Of a stretch of DNA of 64,000 nt, positions 12,755 through 25,326 are shown in pieces; position 1 is the first letter of the stretch, and every line of letters starts with the position of its first letter. The DNA is from Takakia lepidozioides (Eukaryota; Plantae; Bryophyta). The notes under the pieces are model-generated. The model saw only the letters and a list, made by a program, of their open reading frames with translations, searched no databases and was not told the DNA's origin. The stretch covers positions 74,710,001 through 74,774,000 of the forward strand of contig CM060733.1 of the NCBI GenBank assembly GCA_030704615.1. Reading direction: 5' to 3'. Made by a program: the position numbers and the translations under genes.

Positions 12755-13985
12755 ATGAAGAGAGTGAGGGGAATGGAGGATATCAAGGTGAAGAGCACCA
12801 CGATACTGCAGAAGCAAACAATTGCTACACCGCAGACAGTGCAGCTACTGAGGGAGTTGCAATTGGAGGGGATGCTACGCAAAGACTGGTCCTTGCATCA
12901 TCGGCAGTATATGATTCAATTTCTTCAAAACTTTGAGCCTCGGACGGGAGTTACCCAGGTGAGGGGAGTAGATATAGAAATTACTCCCCAGTACTTGCAG
13001 CAATTGTTTGATTTGCCATCAGGACATGTGGAGGTGGATGAGCACAGGGCAAGATTGCAGATAGGGAATTTGTTCTAAGAAGGGAGTTTCTTTAAGACTC
13101 AAGGTTACGCTTGCACCAAAGCTGAGTACCCAGGCTCAGAGAAGTTGGCCAAATATTGAACATCATGTTTGCCATGAAATAGAACCAACAATATTTGAGC
13201 AGGTCATTCACAGAGGAGATCCTGAAAGCTTTGAGGGGAGAGGATATAGCTTGGGCGGAGTTAATGTACAATGGTCTGGTGGACAAGATGAAGAGGTTAC
13301 AGGGCACTGCTGTTAAGTCTCCGAACATTGTGTCTAGTCCAGTCATTGCCCAAATCATTCTTGACTCTTGCATACTTGATACTCGGGAACGTAAGGAGAT
13401 GGGAGTGTTTGAGGCAGTAACCACTGCAATTGAAGAACAGGGCTATTCACATAGTGAGGGTGGACTGGCAGGGCAACACCATTCTAAGAGACAAAAGCGG
13501 GGTATGACTGTAGTGGCGGATCCACTGGCTTCACGGAGACCGCAAGATGATGTTTCCCAAGCTCTTGTGCAGGATGGGGCACAGCAGCACAGAGGGCTGT
13601 TATTATTGGAAGCACGGCCTTCGGAGAGGGAAGAAGAAGTCACTTTGGTACCACAGCCATCACAGCCAGTTGACTCAGTTGTCTCAGAGGTTCCACAGTT
13701 AGAACATACTGTGACTCCATCCCCAATTGCTCTGGACGGAGAAAGGTTGGACATTCCCACTACAGAGCAAGTCGTGGCCGAAATTGAGAAGGGTGACCTT
13801 CTCTATGAAAACTCTGGCTTGGTAAGGGAATCAGTGGTTCCAGAGGTGCAGAGTTTATCAAGGGAAAACCGTGCTGTGCATGTAATACCCACACCTGTGA
13901 CAGAGGTACCAGGGGTAGAATATAAGGACACTGCAGCACCTGTGGAGGATGCGGTGGTTCAGGAGGAGGATCTGGTGGGGCAATG
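12755..13985 (+). pseudogene. Extra 3' ORF of family B (Athila/Tat-type accessory, 'plant transposon protein'-like)
   Basis: MKRVRGMED..QFLQNF..VRGVDIEITPQYLQQLFDLP; in-frame stops; sense to pol. Confidence 0.6.
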
Positions 13986-15119
13986 GCCTCTGGATTTAAA
14001 GTGGAAGCAAGTTGGGGAGAAACACCGCAACGCGCCCGCACAAACAACGTAGCGCACCCACACACCATCGAGCATCTTCATGCTGGTGGTTTTGGTAACG
14101 CACCAAGGATGACCGTCATGTTTTCTATCCATATCTGTCAACATTCCGGACGCCCTCGAGTAGTCCGCCCGAGGAGGGAACTCAAAGAAGATATTACCGT
14201 CGACGTCGGCGGGAAGGCATGTAACCGATTTAATTGCAAACTTGCTGTAGTCCAGCCCGGCCAGCTCCGACCGGTGTCCCTCCAGGTGAAGCCCTTGCAG
14301 AAGTTCAAGAATAGATCGAACTGCGGTGCTTGTGCTGGGAATATGACTCCCTCCTCCACTGACGTCCATTGAGGACTTGCCTGATCTCCAGGACGACCTC
14401 GGAACTTCCATGACCTCGTCTGAGTCGGACAGGTTGTGAAACAACCCGGTTCTCGCTCATCTTCATGGATGGGTTCGGCTCTGGATTTACTTCGTTGCGG
14501 ACTTCTCTCTTTGAGGTAGCCACTCTCTGATTCGCGGATTGTTTCGTGGAAGGCGCCAGGATAGAAGGTGCATTTGGCGGGCAAATGAAGTCCCCAATAG
14601 CCCTGTATATGACGCTGTCCGATGGTGGAACTCGCCATTCCCTGCCATCGCCGAAATCATCGTGGAGCACAACAATACTCTCGACAACAAGGCCGTTTGA
14701 GTCCTTCCTTTCCTCCTCCAAAAAAACCGATCCCGGTTTCAGGTGGTATCGAACGCACAGATATTCTCCATCACCCGGCAGATGTCCCCTCTGCACGGAA
14801 ATGAAGCTCTATGCTCGTGAGGAGGGCAGTACACTGTAGCGCTCGGGTTTTCCGCCATGGGAGATGTGCACACAAGACTGCCAAGATGGCGTGCGGGCAA
14901 GCTCCCTGGTAGAAGGGGATGCAGCGATGGGAAGGAATGCGGTGCCGATTTGTCCGAGCGACGAAGCCTGATCCAAATCAAAAATCCACAGTCAGAGTGT
15001 TAATGAACCTTGTCTCCGGAATGCGGCCCCTGGTCTTTGCGCAATATTTGCCAACGGTATGCAGTCAGAAAGTGGGGGGCCGTCCGGATGATGTCGGCTG
15101 AAGGGGAGAAGCCGGCACG

Positions 15120-18050
15120 TGCCGTCACATTACTACCCCCGAATGGAAATTCGGCACCCAATATCCAAAAGGGGCCGCACGGATGAAGTCGTCTGGGGCA
15201 GAGATGCCCGCACCTGTCCGACAGAGAACATCCCCCGGATGGAAATTCAGCGCCGAATTTCCATTCGGATCCCCCCAAAGGAAGTCCTATCGGGGGGTCA
15301 CGCCGAAAACTGGCCGACATAAAAACCTCCGCGGATGGACAAACGGCGCCGAATTTCCATCCGAGGCCTTTCGGATGCAGTCGGCTCGGGGGAAAGGTTG
15401 CCATCTGGCCCTCACATTACAACCCCCGGACGGAAATTCGGCACCGAATATACAACAGGGGAAGCCCGGATGAAGTCGCCTCGGGCGCAGAGGCCGGCGC
15501 GTGTGCGACAGAGAATATCCCCTGGATGGAGATTCGGCGCCGAATTTACATCCGGGCCCCGCCAAAGGAAGTCGTATCGGGGGGTCAGGCCGAAAACTGG
15601 CCGCAATAAAAACATCCCCAGATGGAAAAACGGCGCCAAATTTCCATCCGGGGCGGTTCGGATGCAGTCGGGGAGGGGGGAGAGGCCGGCACTTGGCCGT
15701 CACATTTCAACCCCCGGACGGAAATTCGGCACCGAATATCCAACAGGGGACGCTCGGATGAAGTCGCCTCGGGCGTAAAGGCCGGCACGTGTTCGACAGA
15801 GAGCATCCCTTTGATGGAGATTCGGCGCCGAATTTCCATCCGGGCCCCCCCAAAGGAAGTCGTGTCAGGGGGTCAGGCCAAAAACTGGCCGACATAAAAA
15901 CCTCCCCAGATGAAAAAACGGAGCCGAATTTTCATCCGGGGCGGTTCGGATGCAGTCGGGGAGGGGGGAGAGGCCGGCACCTGGCCGTCACATTTCAACC
16001 CCCGGACGGAAATTCGGCACCGAATATCCAACAGGGGACGCCCGGATGAAGTCGCCTCGGGCGTAGAGGCCGGCACGTGTTCGACAGAGAGCATCCCCTG
16101 GATGGAGATTCGGCGCCGAATGTCCATCCGGGCCCCCCAAAGGAAGTCGTGTCGGGGGTCAGGCCGAAAACTGGCCGACATAAAAACCTCCCCAGATGGA
16201 AAAACGGCGCCGAATTTCCATCCGGGGCCGTTCCAATGCAGTCGGGGAGGGGGGAGAGGCCGGCACCTGGCCGTCACATTTCAACCCCCGGACGGAAATT
16301 CGGCACCGAATATCCAACAGGGGACGCCCGGATGAAGTCGCCTCAGGCGTAGAGGCCGGCACGTGTTCGACAGAGAGCATCCCCTGGATGGAGATTCGGC
16401 GCCGAATTTCCATCCGGGCCCCCCCAAAGGAAGTCCTATTGGGGGTCAGGCCGAAAACTGGCCGACATAAAAACCTCCCCAGATGAAAAAACGGCGCCAA
16501 ATTTCCATCCGGGGCGGTTCGGATGCAGTCGGGGAGGGGGGAGAGGCCGGCACTTGGCCCTCACATTTCAACCCCCGGACGGAAATTCGGCACCGAATAT
16601 CCAACAGGGGACGCCAGGATTAAGTCGCCTCGGGCGTAGAGGCCGGCACGTGTTCGACAGAGAGCATCCCCTTGATGGAGATTCGGCGCCGAATTTCCAT
16701 CCGGGCCCCCCCAAAGGAAGTCGTGTCAGGGGGTTAGGCCAAAAACTGGCCGACATAAAAACCTCCCCAGATGAAAAAACGGAGCCGAATTTTCATCCGG
16801 GGCGGTTCGGATGCAGTCGGGGAGGGGGGAGAGGCCGGCACCTGGCCGTCACATTTCAACCCCCGGACGGAAATTCGGCACCGAATATCCAACAGGGGTT
16901 GCCCGGATGAAGTCGCCTCAGGCGTAGAGGCCGGCACGTGTTCGACAGAGAGCATCCCCTGGATTCCCCTGGATGGAGATTCGGCGCCGAATTTCCATCC
17001 GGGCTCCCCCAGAGGAAGTCATGTCAGGGGGTCAGGCCGAGAACTGGCCGACATAAAAACCTCCCCAGATGGAAAAACGGCGCCGAATTTCCATCCGGGG
17101 CCGTTCCAATGCAGTCGGGGAGGGGGGAGAGGCCGGCACCTGGCCGTCACATTTCAACCCCCAGACGGAAATTCGGCACCGAATATCCAACAGGGGACGC
17201 CCGGATGAAGTCGCCTCAGGCGTAGAAGTCGGCACGTGTTCGACAGAGAGTATCCCCTGGATGGAGATTCGGCGCCGAATTTCCATCCGGGGCGGTTCGG
17301 ATGCAGTCGGGGAGGGGGGAGAGGCCGGCACCTGGCCGTCACATTTCAACCCCCGGACGGAAATTCGGCACCGAATATCCAACAGGGGACGCCCGGATGA
17401 AGTCGCCTCGGGCGTAGAGGCCGGCACGTGTTCGACAGAGAGCATCCCCTTGATGGAGATTCGGCGCCGAATTTCCATCCGGGCCCCCCCAAAGGAAGTC
17501 GTGTCAGGGGGTCAGGCCAAAAACTGGCCGACATAAAAACCTCCCCAGATGAAAAAACGGAGCCGAATTTTCATCCGGGGCGGTTCGGATGCAGTCGGGG
17601 AGGGGGGAGAGGCCGGCACCTGGCCGTCACATTTCAACCCCCGGACGGAAATTCGGCACCGAATATCCAACAGGGGTTGCCCGGATGAAGTCGCCTCAGG
17701 CGTAGAGGCCGGCATGTGTTCGACAGAGAGCATCCCCTGGATGGAGATTCGGCGCCGAATTTCCATCCGGGCTCCCCCAAAGGAAGTCGTGTCGGGGGGT
17801 CAGGCCAAAAACTGGACGACATAAAAACCTCCCCCGATGGAAAAACAACGCCGAATTTCCATCCGGGGCCGTTCCAATGCAGTCGGGGAGGGGGGAGAGG
17901 CCGGCACCTGGCCGTCATATTTCAAACCCCGGACGGAAATTCGGCACCGAATATCCAACAGAGCGGCGGAGAGGCCGGCACCTCTCCGACAGAGACCATC
18001 CCCTGGATGGAAATTCGGCGCCAAATTTCCATCGGGGCCCCCTTAAAGGA
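15120..18050. repeat. ~288-bp tandem array made of three 96-bp subunits, each centred on a GGATGGAAATTCGGCGCCGAATTTCCATCC-like palindrome
   Basis: cacatttcaaccccc recurs at about 15701, 15989, 16275, 16562, 16850, 17148, 17340, 17628. Confidence 0.95.
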
Positions 18051-18169
18051 AGTCGCAGAAACCTTCCAGAATGGAAAAACGGCGCCGAATTTCCGTCCGA
18101 GGCTGTTCCGATTTGCCTCCAGCAGTGAAGGATTCCAAGAAAAATCCGAAAAATCAATCGGACATGCTC

Positions 18170-20045
18170 CGAATTACCTGCGTGAGGGAAATTTGGCGCA
18201 CCGCCCTACCGAATTTGCAGCGCCGACTTACCTGGAGGATGGAAATCCGGCGCCGGATTTCCATCCATCCGCGCTCCGAATTACCTGCATGATGGAAATT
18301 TTGCGCGCCGACCTACCTGGCGGATGGAAATCCGGCGCCGGATTTCCATCCATCCGCTCTTCGAATTACCTGCATGGCGGAAATTTTGCGCGCCGACTTA
18401 CCTGGCGGATGGAAATCCGTCGCCGGATTTCCATCCATCCGCTCTTCAAATTACCTGCATGACTGGAAAAATGGCGCCGAATTTCCGATTTTGGTGCCAG
18501 TCAGATCTAGGACTTAGCCATTTTCGGCCCCGAACTGAAAAAATAGCGGCCCCAAAAAAAAAAAAAAAAAAAAAAAAAACACCATTTTTCTTGTTCGGGG
18601 CCGAAAACGGCTAAGTCCTTTATCTGACTGGCACCCAAAATCGGAAATTCGGCGCCGTTTTTCCAGTTCTGGGCCCAGTCACATCTGGGACTTAGCCATT
18701 TTCGGCCCCGAACTGGAAAAATGGCGCCGAAAAAAAAAAAAAAAAAAAAAAAAAAACGCCATTTTTCTTGTTTGGGGCCGAAAACGGCTAAGTCCCAGAT
18801 CTGACTGGCACCCAAAATCGGAAATTCGGCGCCATTTTTAGGGTTTAGGGTGCAGGATGGAAATTCGGCGCCGGATCTCCATCCATCCGCTCTCCAACCA
18901 ACCTTGCGGATGGAAATTCGGCGCCGGATCTCCATCCATCCGCTCTCCAACCAACCTTGCGGATGGAAATCCGGCGCCCGATTTCCATCCATCCGCTTCG
19001 GAATTACCTGCGTGAGGGAAATTTCGAGCGCCGCCCTACTTGCGCGGATGGAAATCCGGCGTCGGATTTCCATCCATCCGCTTCCGAATTACCTGCGTGA
19101 GGGAAATTTGGCGCGTCGCCCTACCTGCGCGGATGGAAATCCGGCGCCGGATTTCCATCCATCCGCTTCCGAATTACCTGCGTGAGGGAAATTTGGCGCG
19201 CCGCCCTACCGAATTTGCAGCGCCGACTTACCTGGAGGATGGAAATCCGGCGCCGGATTTCCATCCATCCGCGCTCCGAATTACCTGCATGAGGGAAATT
19301 TTGCGCGCCGACCTACCTGGCGGATGGAAATCCGGCGCCGGATTTCCATCCATCCGCTCTTCGAATTACCTGCATGACGGAAATTTTGCGCGCCGACTTA
19401 CCTGGCGATTCATCCGCTCTTCGAATTACCTGCATGACTGGAAAAATGGCGCCGAATTTCCGATTTTGGTGCCAGTCAGATCTGGGACTTAGCCATTTTC
19501 GGCCCCGAACTGGAAAAGTGGCGCCGAAAAAGAAATGGAAAAAAAAGAAAAAAAAAAACGCCATTTTTTTCAGTTTGGGGCCGAAAATGGCTAAGTCCCA
19601 GATCTGACTGGCACCCAAAATCGGAAATTCGGCGCCATTTTTCCAGTTCCGGGCCCAGTCAGTTCCGGGCCCAGTCAGATCTGGGACTTAGCCATTTTCG
19701 GCCCCGAACTGGAAAAATGGCGCCGAAAAAAAAAAAAAAAAAAAAAAAACGTCACTTTTCTAGTTTTGGGCCGAAAACGGCTAAGTCCCAGATCTGACTG
19801 GCACCCAAAATCGGAAATTGGGCGCCGTTTTTCCAGTTCCGGGCCAAGTCGGATCTGGGACTTAGCCATTTTCAGCCCCAAAATGGAAAAATGGCGCCAT
19901 TTTTCCAGTTCAGGGCCCCGAAAATGGCTAAGTCCGTAGGGTGGCTGGAACCGCAACCGGAAATTCGGTGCCATTTTTCTAGTTCCGCGCCCAGTCAGTT
20001 CTGGGACCTAGCCATTTTCGGGCCCAACCTAGGAAAATGGTGGCG
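18170..20045. repeat. Mixed arrays: 53/85-bp palindrome repeats and poly(A)-looped inverted repeats with GGCTAAGTCC motif
   Basis: ggatggaaatccggcgccggatttccatcc units; mirrored ggacttagcc/ggctaagtcc arms around A-tracts at ~18554, 18730, 19545, 19726. Confidence 0.9.
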
Positions 20046-20185
20046 AAAATGGTTTACGAGTGAGTGGTCGCATTGTATGTTGCCTCCTGATTTTGTGAGA
20101 CACCTCCCCTCGCTCTTTTATTTCATTGAAAGACCGTTTCTGCTTCTGCTGGTATTGACATTCTTCAAGTGGATTTGTTCTTACT

Positions 20186-20629
20186 GTGGGAGGGACGTCT
20201 ACACCGCAGTTCATGGGCAGGAGGAACGTGCATTTTTTTGCCAGGGGGGATTTCATGCCTAGTCTAGAAAGGGACTACATCCTTCCTACTTATGTTGCCC
20301 GGCTTGCTTCGGTGTCCATTAGGAGGTGTTCCAAACCTAGTCGTGTACAGCAGATTTTAGACGAGGCAAGCCTCAAGAAAATGAAGATGAAGGAGGAGGC
20401 AGCAGCTATTAGAGCCCGTCAGGCTCGTAGATTTGTCTTGGATTCACCTGAGGAAAGTGGGGGAGAAGATGCAGAAGATTCCCAGGAGGTGAGGTGGACA
20501 GTCCCCCAAGAGGACGGGATTTTTGAGAGGCATAGTGGAACTGATGCATCACAGAGCTCGGAGGATGAGGGGGATGAGGGGGATGAGGAAGAAGGTGGGG
20601 CAAGTTCCTCGGAGGGTGTAGGAGAGTAA
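20186..20629 (+). pseudogene. Terminal exon of the MULE cargo gene (deleted copy)
   Basis: Nearly identical to 60345-60804; upstream ParB and MTase exons are absent from this copy. Confidence 0.75.
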
Positions 20630-20850
20630 TGCCCATTCCGGCTATGACAGTTAGAATACACTTGTATAGACGTGGCTTGCCACAAAATTTGCAATAAAAT
20701 GTTGCATTTCAAGTCCACTTGTGTCACATTCCAACTTCACATGACCCTATTTCCGTGCCTCCTAACCCTATTTCCGTGGACTCACAATGGTCTGCTCATG
20801 CTTTTTTTTTTTCCGCTCATGCTCATGCCGCTCATGAAATAGCAGCCCCC

Positions 20851-23618
20851 CTTGTCAGTGGGCAGGGGGTAGGGCCACAGATGGCGTAACAACCAACACG
20901 GGCAAAACCACCTTTTCCAATATATTTAGGAAAAGGGGATCCTGATGTACACATTAGTCAATTTGAGCACATGTGTATTGTGAACAATGAGAATGGCGAT
21001 GATGCCAAGATGAGACTGTTTCCTTGTTCACTTATAAAGAAAGCAAGTGAATGATATGCAAGATTCCCTGATAATCATTTCCTAACCTGGAATGGCTTGA
21101 ATACAGCACTCCGAAATAGGTTCAGGACAAGTAAAACCGAGGATGAAGTGTATGGAAGTTTACAACAATTAAAGCAAAAGAAGCATGAAACTGTTGAGGA
21201 GTATATGGAAAAGATGGAATTGATGATGAAAAAGATGGCTGCTGTACCAGCACCAGGTTTACAGAAGACTTGGTTTGTGAGTGGACTAAGACTAGAGTTG
21301 CAAAAGAAAGTGGATATGTTACCCCATAATACAGTGGAGGAGGCATTTGAAACAGCGAACAAAATTGAGCAATTGGGAATGCTCAGGAGAGAAAAAAGGG
21401 ATGATGAGGACTCTGAGGATGAGTCAGATGAGGAAGAAGAGCAAGAGCTTAAGAGGAAGAGTAAGAGGAAGGAAAAGTTGAAGAGGGATAACTATGAGAA
21501 AAGATTAGAAGAAATCTTGAAGAAGTATGCCACAGAGGCTGCAACACATTGGAGGAAGGGTGTTTGGTGTGCAAAATGCCAGAATGAAGGCCATACCACC
21601 ACTGAATGCCACATGAAGGAGAAACACTGTACTATCTGTAAAATGGATAACGATTCTACTGAGAATTGTTACTACAACAGAAGGACAGCAGCTAGAGAAC
21701 CTAGGCAAGTAAGGGTGCATCAAGTGCAGCCCCAGCCAAGAAGAAACAGTGATCAGGACCACTATGGTAGGCCTGGTGGATATAACAATGACATGGAAGG
21801 GAGAGGTAATCCAAGAGGGAATTACCAAGGAAATTCCATAGGCAACTATCAGGGTAATCCAAGGGGGAATTACCAGCCAGGGAATCAGGATTACAGAAAC
21901 AATCCCAGAACAGACCAAGGGCGAGGACCTAATGGGGAAGAACTGTGTTACTATTGTAATCAGGCAGGACATCGCAAGGCAGCCCGTCCATTCTGGATCA
22001 GACACCAGAATGAGATGAGAGCTCCTGTGAATGAGGGGCCAGTGGTGGCAGCTCACATGGTTAGGCCATGTGTTGTACCAGAAGCAAAGCCAAAATAATA
22101 CCTCCAGTAGATGAGGAAGGTGATGATAATGGAGATGGCAGTGATGTGCCTGAAGATGATGAGGCTTGGAGAGATGAGAAGGAACTGCACAAGGAAGTGG
22201 CAGATACCATAAGAGAAATGCAGAAGAGTACTGATATTCCTATGGCAGATTCCTCTGATTTTGAATGAGAAGAGGAAATGAGTGAGGATGAAGGGAAGAA
22301 AGAAGCTGCAAAAATGCAGAGTAATGAAGGGACTTTGGTTGAAGTAATATGCCAGTCCAAAGCGGAGATTACCATTGGACAGCTATTGGCTGTGGCACCT
22401 TATTATAGACACAGGCTGTATCAAGCAATCAATCGGATTGCCCATGTGATAGGAACACAGACCTGAACAGCAAGGTGACCAGTTATAATGTGAAGCCGGA
22501 AGGGCAAGAAACAGTCATGGACTTTGATGATTCTATGCCAGTAATCCAATTGAGAATTGGAAGCACAGAACTAACTGATGTACTGATAGATGGAGGCTCT
22601 GGAGTGAATATCATAACAGACCAATTAAGGCAGAAGCTTGGTCTAAGTAACATGAAACCAACTCCATTTACAGTAACAATGGCAGATCAAAGAAGTGTTC
22701 AGCCATTGGGATTGATAAGAGGAGTTAAGATACAGATTCAAAAGATGATCTTTAAGATCACAGTAACTGTGTTGAAAATGGATGAAGTCATGCAAGCTTA
22801 CTCCTTATTGCTGGGTCGACCGTGGCTGAAACAGGCCAGGGTATTCCATGACTGGAATTCCCAATTACTAACTGTGCATGATGGGATACACAAGATACAA
22901 ATCACCACTAAGAAATCTAGTAGATTACCTGCTGCGAGAAGACCTCGAGGGGTCAGGGAGTATGACTGGAGGGGAGGACTTGATGAGGAGCAGGAAGCTA
23001 CCCTGTTCGCTGCACACCCAGAGTGGGAGCAAGTTGCAGAGATGCAACTGGAAGGCCTAAGTTGTTTAAAAGGTATCTGCTGTGGTGTAGTGACAGCAAC
23101 ACCAATTGAGGGTGAAACAAGCAGTTACCCACCACATTTCTATGAAGAAAGAGAGAGAGAAATGGAAATCCTAGAGGAACCAGCCACTGTGAGTTTACAG
23201 GATGAAGTGGTGACTGGTTGGACAATCACAGCTGATGAGCAGGTGAGAGAAGTGAATGTGGGAACTGAAGGGGAATCGAGGATGGTGAAGGTAGGGGCTG
23301 ATTTGGAGCCAGAATTCTTTGAGGAAGCTAAGAGTCTGTTCATCAAATACAGAGATGTATTTGATTGGAGCTACGAGGATCTGAAAGGGATACCACCTAA
23401 GATCTGTCAGCATAAGATTGAACTGGAACCAGGGTCAGTACCAATCAAACATGCAAGGTATAGAATGAATCCCAACTATGCACAGAAGGTTGGAGAAGAG
23501 ATCAAGAAGTTGGCTGAGGCTAAGTTTATATACCCGATAGAGTATACAACTTGGTTGTCACCCATTGTGATAGTTCCCAAGAAGAATGGTAAACTGAGAG
23601 TTTGTGTGAACTATAAGA
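20851..23618 (+). mobile_element. Family-B Gypsy fragment: gag, protease, start of RT
   Basis: Zinc knuckles CAKCQNEGHTTTEC etc., LIDGGS, LLGRPW, WLSPIVIVPKKNG; paralogous to 36071-38860. Confidence 0.9.
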
Positions 23619-24146
23619 TGTCGTGCGCATACGTATCACTACACAACTACATCGATGTCCAAACTACACCACACATATATGGACAATAAAGTAGTCTGCC
23701 ACAAGATTGAAAGAACTAACCTCACATGTCTGATAACAAAGAAACACAAAACACAACACAATCACTCATTAAAACTAAGAGTCGAGCCAGGGGCACCCCA
23801 AGCTATGGGGACTCCACCCCACAACGTCCTATTCTCCCTTCATAAACACACTCAGATTCTAAGCAATGAAGGAGCTTGGTTGTGCAGGCTCAACTCGAGA
23901 GAGATGAGCCGCATGACTGACGCTCTCGTGAAGATAAGATGGTTCAGGTGTCAAGCTAAACTTGACACCTGACTTAACACTTGAACTAAATCCAAGTGTT
24001 AAATACAAATAACTAGCTTTATTCTAGTTAGTTTCACACTGTGTTTATTTAATTTGACAGCTGTCGTGGGCATACGTATCGCTACACAACTACATCGCTG
24101 TCCAAACTACACCACACATATATGGACAATAAAGTAGTCTGCCACA
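23619..24146. repeat. Two 85-bp TG...CA direct repeats (23619-23703, 24062-24146), possible short-LTR/TRIM-like structure
   Basis: Near-identical repeats 443 bp apart; reverse-strand purine tract aggggggcgat abuts the right copy. Confidence 0.55.
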
Positions 24147-25326
24147 ATCGCCCCCCTAGCTGGAGGATAGGTCCCTCTAACTCTAGATAGCTACACCTTC
24201 TGTTTTTTCACCATCGCTAGTGCGTCAGGGTGGTGGGGCCAGGCTTGCCTACCCAGCCTCCAGCCCTATGTAGGTGATAGTGTGGTTTCAGTTGAGGTTT
24301 CCCAACATAAACCTGCCTGCATTTCGGAATAATCTACTTCTCAAATTCAAGGCATAATTGAGTATGTTGAGAAGCTCCCGCCCAAACTTATGAGCACCGA
24401 TTTATTGTGCATTCCATAGCTGATCAAGACACATCTAGTTGTGATATTCTTTGTAGAAGCCATAAGCATGGTTGTCGATTAGGAGACGGCATGCAGTGTG
24501 CGGGTATGTAGGAGAGCAGGTCGACACTCCCCTTGTCGACACTTCCTTCGGAATCTCTGAAAGATCTCTTCCTCCCTCCCTGCTTGCGTTCATATCAGTG
24601 CAGATGAATCCCCTGTGGCCATCCTGCAGGATCTTCTCTGCAGCATGCAAGCTGCATCGGTTGCCCATATTTTTCCTGTTCCATTGCCAACCAAAAAGAA
24701 ATAGAGAGGAATATGTGGAAATTTCAAGAACAACAAGCTCCACACCCGCGCGGTAGAGTCTGAATGCTGCTTTGTACCCAGTTGAGCTGCCAGTCTCGCA
24801 TTCACTTTCCCCACCAAGGCAGCTGCATGAATACTATGAATACCATCACAGCTCCCATCTTCCACTCGCTTCCACCACAGGACGACTGGAAGGCGGCCCC
24901 CAACTGACGCCAACGATGGACGGTGACTTCGTGGAACGACGGCAGAAGAGGAGCGACGGCAGGCAACAATTCTCAACCATCTTAGCAGCTGGAGATACGA
25001 TTGAGTCCAGAAAACATCTGCATGCTGGCTTGAATCACGAGCCCCTTCAACAACAATTTCCACATCATACAGGAAGATTGCACCCCCTTATCAGTGTCCA
25101 CCATTGCGACTGAGGATGTGAGACGAACTCGAGCCAGAGCCGTTCTATGCTCATTGCTTGAGCTATGTGCAAGAAGATGAGAACCGTGCCACCTCTCTGC
25201 GGGCAATCTCATTGCGAAGTTGCAGCCCTCACCTCTCTTCTGGCAACCTTTCGTCTCCACCATCCAAAACCAAGAGGCAGGAGCCCTCCTCTCATTGCTA
25301 TGCTTCTCATGACCATCTATATACCC

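Larger units (their letters stand above)
11178..13985 (+). mobile_element. Family-B Gypsy fragment: integrase 3' half, repeat tail, extra 3' ORF
   Basis: SYRTSYKV..TPFQLVYG..SPWTxPY, nearly identical to 42120-43000; downstream ORF homologous to 58248-59648. Confidence 0.88.
13986..20850 (-). mobile_element. MULE-like element copy 1, right-hand half (transposase 5' part, palindrome arrays, last cargo exon, TIR)
   Basis: 13986-14990 matches 48625-49615; 20050-20850 is the reverse complement of 60124-60945; ends GCTCATGAAATAGCAGCCCCC followed by cttgtcagt. Confidence 0.85.

Noticed and set aside
15120-19440. CRISPR array
   Set aside because: Spacers cycle (A-B-C) rather than being unique, there are no cas genes, and the context is a eukaryotic transposon.
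15000-20050. Many overlapping ORFs with MEIRRRISI / WKFGAEF / DGNSAPNF
   Set aside because: These are translations of a stop-poor palindromic repeat in all frames; the same holds for 49655-51700 and 55200-56100.
24147-25326. Copia element
   Set aside because: No Copia RT, RNase H or integrase motif recognisable in any frame.
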